Shown here in pieces: positions 19,205 to 26,590 of a DNA stretch of 28,079 nt. The notes beneath the pieces were generated by a model. The model made no database searches, was not told where the DNA came from, and was given only the letters and a program-made list of their open reading frames with translations. Where the stretch lies: the NCBI GenBank assembly GCA_026983775.1, contig JALSTK010000174.1, positions 1-28,079 on the forward strand, in the 5' to 3' direction. Made by a program: the position numbers and the translations under genes. The first letter of the stretch is position 1, and each line of letters opens with the position of its first letter. The DNA comes from Calditrichia bacterium. Lineage in GTDB: Bacteria > Calditrichota > Calditrichia > Calditrichales > Calditrichaceae.

Positions 19205-19977
19205 CATGACCTCTGACCGAGCGGATGTCGGGCACGCATGGATGCGCGGAACGGGATATTTTAATGAAACTCACAAAGCTCACAAAGTATAAAAAAGTCT
19301 GATAAAAACCTTTGTGCTCTTGGTGACCTTTGTGGTATAAATTAAACCCTGTAGAGAAAAGATTTTGACGGAAACTAAGAAACACACAAAGCTCACAAAG
19401 TGCACAAAGTATAAATTGTGCGTAGTGCGATGAATACATGCCAAAGGGACAGGCGGTATCCTTTCTTACCCAATCAGTCTCTTGAGCGAAACGCGCCGTT
19501 TCTTTCTCATCCAGAAATAGCGGCATTTCACTCTTCCATGCCTTCAAAAATCCCCTCTGACCGACCGGATGTCGGTCACCCCGTAAGAGCGCATAGATGC
19601 TCTGAACGGGATATTTTAATGAATCACACAAAGCACACAAAGTACACAGAGAATAAAAAAGTCAGAAAAAAACCTTTGTGCTCTTGGTGACCTTTGTGGT
19701 ATAAATTTGGCCTCTGTAGAGAAAATATTTTGACGGAAACTAAGAAACACACAAAGCTCACAAAGTGCACAAAGTATAAATTGTGCGTAGTGCGATGAAT
19801 ACATGCCAAAGGGACAGGCGGTCTCCCTACACACACAATCAGTCTCTTGAGCGAAACGTGCCGCTTCTTTCTCATCCAGAAATAGCGGCATTTCACCCTT
19901 CCATGCATTCTATAATCCCCTCTGACCGACCGGATGTCGGGCATCCCGCCGGAGCGCATGGATGCGCGTGGCGGGGT
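19205..19977. repeat. Tandem direct repeat: two units of about 344 and 365 bp plus the start of a third, each beginning with a CRISPR-repeat-like half site
   Basis: Units begin at about 19211, 19555 and 19920 with (aat)cccctctgaccga(c/g)cggatgtcgg. The unit bodies are near-identical and each carries 5 CACAAAG and 2 CTTTGTG heptamers. The third unit merges into the terminal CRISPR repeat. Confidence 0.8.
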
Positions 19978-20452
19978 GAATAACGGGGTATTTTTCTACT
20001 GTGAGCACCGATACGATATACCGGAATCTGCGCAAGCGGTCTCAATCCCCTCTGAATAACGGGGTATTTTTCTACGAAAGAAGCAATCCGCGATCATTTT
20101 CGTATCCAAGAAACGAGTCTCAATCCCCTCTGAATAACGGGGTATTTTTCTACCAGGGTCTTGTTGACGTTGTAATCGTGGACGATTTTGTCTCAATCCC
20201 CTCTGAATAACGGGGTATTTTTCTACTTAATCAATCGGTGGACGGTTTCAGGCAAACAACGTCTCAATCCCCTCTGAATAACGGGGTATTTTTCTACAAG
20301 TTCAAGTTCAACTTCGGAAGGACACCTGCTATCTCTATGTCTCAATCCCCTCTGAATAACGGGGTATTTTTCTACACGGTATAAAATACGAATGTAAGTA
20401 TCTGCATTCGAGCAGGTCTCAATCCCCTCTGAATAACGGGGTATTTTTCTAC
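19978..20452 (-). CRISPR. CRISPR array: 6 full 37-nt repeats plus a disrupted terminal repeat
   Basis: The repeat on the + strand is gtctcaatcccctctgaataacggggtatttttctac. Full copies lie at 20039-20075, 20117-20153, 20190-20226, 20261-20297, 20339-20375 and 20416-20452, with a 3-prime fragment at 19978-19999. Spacers are 39, 41, 36, 34, 41 and 40 nt, all unique. The repeat has an internal hairpin CCCC...GGGG. In minus orientation it ends ...GATTGAGAC, a type I/III-like 8-nt handle, and the leader abuts cas2, so transcription is on the minus strand. Confidence 0.9.
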
Positions 20453-20706
20453 TCCTCAGGATCCGTGCCTTGCAGCCCAGGGGCTCGTGCTATGCAAATT
20501 ATGCCTGGTATGAAATTTTTACCTCTTGACCTGCTCATTTCCAAGAAATTCATCCTAAGTTATTGTTTTTTATGACGGACGATGGACTTTTTTATCTAAC
20601 TCATTGTTTCTATAAAAATTAGCATACATCTGATCCAGAACGACAATTCTGCCGTACTTTTACCCTTCCTTTTCTGGAATGTACACATTATTTTCGCTTT
20701 TTGCAA
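20453..20706 (-). promoter_or_regulatory. CRISPR leader (AT-rich) between cas2 and the first repeat
   Basis: ~250-nt non-coding AT-rich segment bounded by the cas2 stop (20707) and the most recently added repeat (20452). Confidence 0.5.
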
Positions 20707-21021
20707 TCATAAGAGAACTAATTGCGGTTCCTCATACACCTCCCCGTATCCCAAAATTTCGATACGGGTGACCTCCTTCTGCGCAAGGCGATAAAACCGA
20801 ACACTGTCTTTTTCTTCATCGATTTCCCGGGCAATTTTCAATTTTAATTCCTGCAATTGGCCGGAATCGAGATAACATTCAAAGACACTCTTCTGGGTAT
20901 GTTGGCCATAGCCTTTTAATAGCTTCATAATCCGTGTACGGGAACGGTTATCCACAATATCATAGGCTATGATAACATATTCTCTATCTATGGACATATC
21001 CCGCATATTCACTTTCCTCAT
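20707..21021 (-). CDS. cas2: CRISPR-associated endoribonuclease Cas2
   Basis: YVIIAYDIVDNRSRTRIMKLLKGYGQHTQKSVFECYL is the Cas2 signature. In-frame ATGs lie at 21021, 21006 and 20997. The 20997 start would give a 14-nt overlap with cas1. Confidence 0.85.
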   Translation of the reverse strand: MRKVNMRDMSIDREYVIIAYDIVDNRSRTRIMKLLKGYGQHTQKSVFECYLDSGQLQELKLKIAREIDEEKDSVRFYRLAQKEVTRIEILGYGEVYEEPQLVLL

Positions 21022-21961
21022 CTTTTAAATAACGCATAAAATGCCATACCTGACGTTCAATGATCTGCAGGAAATTTAATTTCATATTTTTATAACTGAA
21101 TTTTTCACCTATTTTCTTACGATATTGATTAAAAAAGATATGTAAACCTTCTTTATTGAAAATAGTGGAATCCTTTTCTTTTAAAAAATGGTCGGCTTTA
21201 ATCTGCTTTGTATTAATCAGGTGTATGACCAGAGTATCCGCCACAGGCGCCCGAAATTCTTCCATTAAATCGCTTACCAGAGCCGGATGACCGTATTTTA
21301 ATTCATGAAAAAACCCACAATAAGGGTCTAAACCCGAAGCTTCTACAAAAGCATATACATTATTGAACAACATCGTGTAAGCCAGGGAGAGTAAAATATT
21401 CAATGGATCCGGCGGAGGATGCTTCAGACGTTTTTTAAATCCGAAATCCTCGATAAGCAAAGCCGGTAGATTTCTGAAATAGATATTGGAAAAGCTTCCT
21501 TCAAAACCCCGTATCTGGTCAAGAGTCGAGGCAACTTTCAGGCTACGCAGCATATTATCCTGTTTTTCCCGAAAAGTTTGATAAACCACATCCGATTTCT
21601 TTTTTAGCATACGGCCATAATTGATTGTTTTGGCGCGAATAACCTGACGGCTGAAATGTAATCTAAATTCCGCGTCACGAAGCTTTTCATACTGTAGCCG
21701 GCGAATGTAAACATTAGGGGAAAGCGGCGGGCTTAAACGCCCCTTATATCGTCCATCCATACTTAAAAAGGCTATATCGATATTCTTAGCAAGACAATAG
21801 CCGGTTAAGGCAGCGCTTACTTCCACCCTACCCATAATGATAATCAGAGAAAGATTATTCATGGGTTGGACATATATTTTTTTACCTTCTTTATACAAAA
21901 CAATCTGCCCGCCGGTTTTACTTAAACGGGAGCCCTGTTCACTCACTACGATGACACTCAT
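20984..21961 (-). CDS. cas1: CRISPR-associated integrase Cas1
   Basis: 325 aa with conserved Cas1 blocks: GFEG..., DPLNILLSLAYTML, GLDPYCGFFH and ALVSDLMEEFR. It overlaps cas2. Confidence 0.9.
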   Translation of the reverse strand: MSVIVVSEQGSRLSKTGGQIVLYKEGKKIYVQPMNNLSLIIIMGRVEVSAALTGYCLAKNIDIAFLSMDGRYKGRLSPPLSPNVYIRRLQYEKLRDAEFRLHFSRQVIRAKTINYGRMLKKKSDVVYQTFREKQDNMLRSLKVASTLDQIRGFEGSFSNIYFRNLPALLIEDFGFKKRLKHPPPDPLNILLSLAYTMLFNNVYAFVEASGLDPYCGFFHELKYGHPALVSDLMEEFRAPVADTLVIHLINTKQIKADHFLKEKDSTIFNKEGLHIFFNQYRKKIGEKFSYKNMKLNFLQIIERQVWHFMRYLKDEESEYAGYVHR

Positions 21962-22079
21962 GCTGCTTTTATCCTCGAATAAGTTTTTTGCGGGGAATAT
22001 ACTTCCATCGCAATTAAATTTTTATGAACGCTTTAGCCGTTACTCGGCGTGCTTTTAGTCATTGATGCTGTATGGAAAA

Positions 22080-23519
22080 TTATTTTTGTTCGGCTAGAAC
22101 AGGCAATACGAAATGAAAGTGTTTATATTCGGTATTTAATATGGTAAGCGCTAACGCGGACACTTCCTTTTTATACGATGCCCGGGTGCTAATCCATACT
22201 TCGTCAAACAATAAAAAATAAATCCGGCCGTGTTCGCCTTCTTCCACCAAACCGGCATCTAATTTGATTATAGCATGATTAAAAAAATCGGCGGCACTGC
22301 CCTGAATAAGTCGATTCATTATTTTTCCGCTTAGATTCGGTTCCTTCTTATCCAGAGGTATTTTACGGCCCATTACAGTTTCTACAACGCCCGTCTGATT
22401 ATATTTCATCCATAACTCGGCCCGCAATTCATCCAGGGCCGGAAGTAATTTCCAAAAGAAAGGGCCGGGTTTAAAATCCGGCCGGCGCGGGCCGCCATTA
22501 ATCAGACTGTTCAAGAAGCGTTTGGCAACGCCGCGTCCCTCAGGATTAATTGCCAAATAAATATCCTGTTCTGGAATATCAGCCAGGCTGATCAAATGTT
22601 CATCGAGCAGAATGTTTAACAAAATCATAGGTTCTATGCTTTTATAATCATAAATAAGCAATTCCTTATCCGGCGGTTTAAGACTTTGCAACCTTTTTGC
22701 AGAAGGCCAGGTTTGTATGCCGGGATTGCGGTAGGTTATCCTTCCGGTAGCCGGGCCAATATTCAGTTGTGGGAAAACAAGTTGTCCTTCGATCCACAAG
22801 CCGTGTCGTTCCAATTTGTCTACCACTAAGTCTAATGCAGTTAAAGTTTTAATAGGTTCACGATTAATTTGCAAAGGCACTTTAGGCCTTATTTTTTTCA
22901 AAGGTTTTAACAATTCTTGAATCGTTTCGTCCAATTCTTCCGCTCCCCATAGTTTTTCCAGTAATAAAGCGCACTGGCGACGATGATACGGCACGTTGTT
23001 TTCTTCCTTAGTACCCTGATGAAGCAGATCGAGCAGAAAAGCGCGGTCTGTCTCATTACTATTGAAATAGGCATCGACCAACGATTCATAATCGCCGCGT
23101 CCGTAAAAATATAACATATTTTCTTTCATGTTCTGGCAATCTCTTTCGTGAATAATTTTCAGTAATCGCGTACGCAGACGTAAATTTTTATCTTTAAAAC
23201 CGTTAAATAAAATCGATCTGGCCTGAGGATAAGAGGCGCAATAAATCAATAAAGCGGAAAAATCCTGTAAAGAAAATAAATACCGGGCATAATCCTGACC
23301 TTGCAATGCAAGGCCGAGCCGTTCCACCCAAAAGGCGGTTTCCAAACGGATGGAGGCGTCCCGGTCATATAGTAATGGGATGATAACCCGTTTATTTTTA
23401 ATAAGCGAGCTATGTTCCAGCATCTTTTCCAGTTTTAGAAAAGCAAGAGCTTTTTGCCGGTTTTCACGGATAATTGATATTTTCTGTACAATTTGTTCGG
23501 GGGCTTCATTTTCCGGCAT
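22080..23519 (-). CDS. Family-A (Pol I-like) DNA polymerase domain protein: N-terminal helical repeat domain plus a thumbless palm/fingers core, directly upstream of cas1
   Basis: ATGRITYRNPGIQTWP matches Pol I TGRLSSSDPNLQNIP. LIYDYKSIEPM matches motif A (DYSQIELR). GRGVAKRFLNSLINGG is motif B (O-helix) with Arg and Lys retained. NRLIQGSAADFFNHAIIKLD...RIYFLLFDEVWI matches QGTAADI...HDE of motif C. Only about 15 residues separate the GLWIEG block from TGR, where Pol I has a thumb of roughly a hundred residues. No exonuclease motifs were seen. The gene ends 118 nt upstream of cas1 on the same strand. Confidence 0.7.
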   Translation of the reverse strand: MPENEAPEQIVQKISIIRENRQKALAFLKLEKMLEHSSLIKNKRVIIPLLYDRDASIRLETAFWVERLGLALQGQDYARYLFSLQDFSALLIYCASYPQARSILFNGFKDKNLRLRTRLLKIIHERDCQNMKENMLYFYGRGDYESLVDAYFNSNETDRAFLLDLLHQGTKEENNVPYHRRQCALLLEKLWGAEELDETIQELLKPLKKIRPKVPLQINREPIKTLTALDLVVDKLERHGLWIEGQLVFPQLNIGPATGRITYRNPGIQTWPSAKRLQSLKPPDKELLIYDYKSIEPMILLNILLDEHLISLADIPEQDIYLAINPEGRGVAKRFLNSLINGGPRRPDFKPGPFFWKLLPALDELRAELWMKYNQTGVVETVMGRKIPLDKKEPNLSGKIMNRLIQGSAADFFNHAIIKLDAGLVEEGEHGRIYFLLFDEVWISTRASYKKEVSALALTILNTEYKHFHFVLPVLAEQK

Positions 23520-23543
23520 GGATCCTCTCTTGTTTTTGCAGAA

Positions 23544-23984
23544 TTAAATTTCCCATTCTTTATGCAATTCGGCGGCGACCGCATATTCCTGTTTAGCCTG
23601 ATCGTCTTTCCCGATAAGACGGAAACACTCGGCCAGAGCAAGATGGGCTTCGTAAAAATCGGCGTCATAAATTTTCTTTTTAAATTCTATGGCCCGCTTG
23701 TAATAGACTTTGGCCTCCTGAGGTTTATTTTGCTTCAAAGAAATATTACCGAGAGCCAGCAAGATTTTATGTTTGGCTATTTTATCGCGACGCAGGGCTT
23801 CCATTAAGTCTACTATGGCCGCATGCAGATCATCCAGGCGCTGGTACAGTTCGGCACGATGACGATAAATATAAGCAGCTCGTCGTTTTTTGAGTGCCTT
23901 ATCATACAGTGTAAATGCTTCGGTATAGCGCTTTTGAGAAGCCTGAATATAGGCATATACTCTTTGGCCTGGGGATGAGCACAT
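23544..23984 (-). CDS. TPR-repeat protein, C-terminal fragment of a likely frameshifted TPR gene
   Basis: Repeated TPR-like helices (AELYQRLDDLHAAIVDLMEAL, LALGNISLKQNKPQEAKVYYKRAIE, EAHLALAECF). It overlaps the upstream TPR ORF in a different frame. Confidence 0.55.
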   Translation of the reverse strand: MCSSPGQRVYAYIQASQKRYTEAFTLYDKALKKRRAAYIYRHRAELYQRLDDLHAAIVDLMEALRRDKIAKHKILLALGNISLKQNKPQEAKVYYKRAIEFKKKIYDADFYEAHLALAECFRLIGKDDQAKQEYAVAAELHKEWEI

Positions 23985-24628
23985 AAGGGAGCGATTATGC
24001 GTTCGGCTTCCGAATATTTTTTTACCCCGGCATACCCTTTTGCCAGATTATATTTTTTGAAATGTGGAGCCAAATAGTTACGTTCATCCTCCTCGTCTAC
24101 TTTTTTAAAACAGGCTAATGCGTTCCCATAGCTTCGCAGATCGTAATAGACTTTTCCCAAGTAAAATATGGATCTAACATAATATTTTGCGCCCCGTTTT
24201 AAATGTGCATCGTCCTGATAACTCTGATAAATAACGATGGCCTGTTTCAGAGTCTCTTTTGCCTTAAGGAATTTGAGCATATTATACTGAGCAACCCCTT
24301 TACGGTATAAACAGACCAGATAATGCGGAAAAAGTTCCAGAGCCAGATCGAACCATTCGATCGCTTCTTTCCATTGACCGGCGTCATAAAAAGTATAGCC
24401 GATACTGTAATAGGGTTGGGCGCGGTTGCTTTCCCGTTCCAGCCATTGTTTATAGCAGTATCGGGCTTCATCATAGCGATCCAACTGCGAATAAGCAAAG
24501 CCCAGTGCACGCAAATGTTCCACCCGGGCATTGCCGGACTCGACGCTCGGTTTAAGATAATCGATCATATCCTGCCAGCGATTGGTTTGTTGTAATTCAT
24601 TAATTTTTTGCAGATTTATATTGTCCAT
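23813..24628 (-). CDS. TPR-repeat protein, N-terminal part of a likely frameshifted gene
   Basis: Multiple TPR motifs (ALGFAYSQLDRYDEARYCYKQWLE, YYSIGYTFYDAGQWKEAIEWFDLALE, LGKVYYDLRSYGNALACFKK). The last ~50 codons in this frame read as non-TPR junk while the +1 frame continues TPR. Confidence 0.55.
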   Translation of the reverse strand: MDNINLQKINELQQTNRWQDMIDYLKPSVESGNARVEHLRALGFAYSQLDRYDEARYCYKQWLERESNRAQPYYSIGYTFYDAGQWKEAIEWFDLALELFPHYLVCLYRKGVAQYNMLKFLKAKETLKQAIVIYQSYQDDAHLKRGAKYYVRSIFYLGKVYYDLRSYGNALACFKKVDEEDERNYLAPHFKKYNLAKGYAGVKKYSEAERIIAPLCAHPQAKEYMPIFRLLKSAIPKHLHCMIRHSKNDELLIFIVIVPNCTSAWMICMRP

Positions 24629-24714
24629 AGGAACAACCCCTTTTTATAAAAGAGCCATTCCCGTCCGATGGATTTTACGGATTGACCTGCAACAGACGGG
24701 ACTGGCTCGTTTTG

Positions 24715-24939
24715 TTATATGTAATCCGCCGGCACTCCGGCATCGAGGTAGATCTTTCCTTTCATAGATTCCCGGATTTGGCCCACCAGAAGCCATTCTT
24801 TTTCTTTTTCGAGAAAGAGCAGTCGGATATTCGGATTCAAACGGAAAAAGCCGGAAGAAAGCAGATGGAGCGCTTCTTGTGTATTGGTAACCAACAGCAA
24901 TGAAACGTTCCGGTTGCGTTTTACGGAAAAAGTAGTCAT
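24715..24939 (-). CDS. Small protein, DUF2283-like candidate antitoxin; hypothetical
   Basis: 74 aa. The ATG at 24939 is preceded by AAAGGAGG. The C-terminal pattern LFLEKEKEWLLVGQIRES resembles the DUF2283 D-x-D-G-x-LVGIEI block. Assignment is weak. Confidence 0.35.
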   Translation of the reverse strand: MTTFSVKRNRNVSLLLVTNTQEALHLLSSGFFRLNPNIRLLFLEKEKEWLLVGQIRESMKGKIYLDAGVPADYI

Positions 24940-24977
24940 GATCTGCCTCCTTTCTTCATTAAATTAGGTTTTTAAAG

Positions 24978-25013
24978 AAAGCAGAGAAGGAGATAAGCGG
25001 GCCTCCCCTTCTC
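24978..25013 (-). terminator. Intrinsic terminator-like hairpin
   Basis: Perfect 10-bp stem gcagagaagg/ccttctctgc with a 16-nt loop. On the minus strand it is followed by uuucuuuaaaaa. It lies between the DUF4258 gene and the 74-aa gene. Confidence 0.4.
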
Positions 25014-25111
25014 TGCCTCAGGCGGTGGGTCGGTTTGTGGGTAAAGCTGAGTTGATTTGTTTGACCATTTAAGTACCGTACACGTCCCTCATTATAAAAA
25101 GCATTTTCTTT

Positions 25112-25399
25112 TTAAGTATGCATGTATCTGATTTTTTTCAACCACTTTCTGTTTTTAAATACGGTGATCAGAGTTTCCGTTTTGGGATCACAGACCAGAG
25201 TCAGTCCTTCCCACTTTTCCGGATTTTTCGGTTTGAATTCTTTCTGCATTTTTTTCAAAGCCCGTTTGCCCAGAAAAAAGTAGAGTGAATTTTGAGCATA
25301 AACTCGTTGACCGAACCAGCGGGCAGCATAAATCATCTTTTCCGGTATATGACGTTGATTCATGCGTTGAACCGCGTGTTTTGTAATAGTAATGTTCAT
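25112..25399 (-). CDS. DUF4258-family putative RNase toxin
   Basis: ATG at 25399 with GGAGGAAGG 6 nt upstream gives MNITITKHAVQRMNQRHIPEKMIYAA...GLTLVCDPKTETLITVFKN. This matches the DUF4258 pattern (HA.eRm.eRgI...VVtVy). The ORF-track N-terminal extension lacks an RBS. Confidence 0.55.
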   Translation of the reverse strand: MNITITKHAVQRMNQRHIPEKMIYAARWFGQRVYAQNSLYFFLGKRALKKMQKEFKPKNPEKWEGLTLVCDPKTETLITVFKNRKWLKKIRYMHT

Positions 25400-25531
25400 G
25401 TCCTTCCTCCTATTCTTCTGTTTTACGGCGATTAAAGTAAAGGAGAAAGTGTATGGAACCATGAAAAATAAAATCGGGATGGAGCTTACCGAATTCGGTA
25501 AGGATATCTAAAAGGAACGGTTGAACAACTC

Positions 25532-26590
25532 TTAGTCGTCTATGTTGCGGGAATTAAAATTAAGCGGAATAAAATATTTATCCAAAACCGCTTCTTTATC
25601 GATTTTTATTTTAAAAAGAGAATATAAAAATTCGGGCAAAGAGGGTTCAAGAAATTTATGGTTAATACTCGAAACATCTTTTTTAATATTATCCACATCG
25701 AACTTCCCTTCTTTACCGGAACCATATTCATCTTTATAAAGCTTCTCGAGTTTACGATTATCCGCTATGTTTTGCGGTTCTTTTCCTTCGAACAGGAATT
25801 GGTATATGGCGAAGAGTTTGGGTTCAAAAACAACCGGAAATTCTTTTTCTCCCCATTTGATGAGCAGGCGGCGGGAATTTTTCTGTAAATCCGCCCGTAC
25901 CTCTTTTGCCAAATCTTCCAAATCCAATTTGGTTAATTTAATTAATTCTTCATAACTTAATTGTCGAATGTCGCCAAAAAGCTTTTGCAGCTTTTGGCGT
26001 AAGCGTATAAAAGGGATGCGGGCATAATCGATACGCGTCCGGGTATCATCAGGAGCAGGATAAAAAAAATCGTGGTCCTTTTCTCTTTCATCGGGATAGA
26101 TTAATACGTGTGACAGTTCATCTTTGGCCCGGCCGAATAAATTTAAGGCAATGGCCATATAACTACTCATGGTTTTGCGGCCGCCGGCAAGAGAACAAAA
26201 CAACCGTGTATTTTCCTCAAAGGTTTTTTCTTTAACAAAATCTATTATTTGATTGGCAGCCGCTTCATTCTCCGCCACGGATCGAACATCATTAAGCGGA
26301 GTTCCGTCATGGGCTTTAAGAATTTTGATCTGGAAAGAAGGAATTTTCTGTTTTTGTAGATCGTAATCTTCAAACATTCGATATATTATATTCTGCTTCA
26401 AAACCCTATCCTGCATTTTTTCCTTGCCGTGTGTGGTCGTTAAGACATAAATCTCGCTGATTGTAATTCCTTGTTGAACCACCAGGTTATACAGCGTTTC
26501 CGTTAAAATTTGCGGCGTGGAGCCGGCCACGGTGATTAAAATATTTTTAGAGCTGTCTTCCGTAATCTTCCCTTTCTTATCTACCGCCAA
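25532..26590 (-). CDS. CARF-domain protein, Cas_NE0113-like (CRISPR-associated Rossmann fold); C-terminal domain unassigned
   Basis: N-terminus KNILITVAGSTPQILTETLYNLVVQQG...EIYVLTTTHG matches CARF motif 1 (strand, G-x-SP, helix) and a DxTHG-like motif 2. No Rx4-6H HEPN motif was found in the C-terminal 200 aa. The apparent start is TTG at 26590, overlapping the vapC stop. No in-frame ATG precedes the CARF strand. Confidence 0.5.
   Translation of the reverse strand: MAVDKKGKITEDSSKNILITVAGSTPQILTETLYNLVVQQGITISEIYVLTTTHGKEKMQDRVLKQNIIYRMFEDYDLQKQKIPSFQIKILKAHDGTPLNDVRSVAENEAAANQIIDFVKEKTFEENTRLFCSLAGGRKTMSSYMAIALNLFGRAKDELSHVLIYPDEREKDHDFFYPAPDDTRTRIDYARIPFIRLRQKLQKLFGDIRQLSYEELIKLTKLDLEDLAKEVRADLQKNSRRLLIKWGEKEFPVVFEPKLFAIYQFLFEGKEPQNIADNRKLEKLYKDEYGSGKEGKFDVDNIKKDVSSINHKFLEPSLPEFLYSLFKIKIDKEAVLDKYFIPLNFNSRNIDD

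Noticed and set aside
19161-19959. Minus-strand ORFs (159, 91 and 111 aa) inside the tandem repeat, two of which start MPLFLDEKE.ARFAQETD and look conserved between copies
   Set aside because: They are translations of the duplicated CACAAAG/CTTTGTG repeat DNA (LCELCVFLSF...). Their conservation simply reflects ~90% nucleotide identity of the tandem units. They have no RBS and no domain similarity.
19996-20210. ORFs of 66 and 69 aa on both strands within the CRISPR array
   Set aside because: Their repeating peptide segments (IPRYSEGIET / SPLNNGVFFY) are the CRISPR repeat translated, a standard artefact.
20984-23519. Casposon-like element (Cas1 plus DNA polymerase)
   Set aside because: Casposons carry a family-B polymerase and terminal inverted repeats and lack CRISPR arrays. 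Here the polymerase is family A, cas2 and a leader-array are present, and no TIRs were seen flanking the unit.
24247-24939. Small ORFs 24247-24531 (-), 24323-24595 (+), 24582-24767 (+) and 24682-24903 (+) around the TPR gene and the 74-aa gene
   Set aside because: They overlap better-supported ORFs on the opposite strand or in another frame. Only the 24715-24939 minus-strand ORF has a strong GGAGG RBS.
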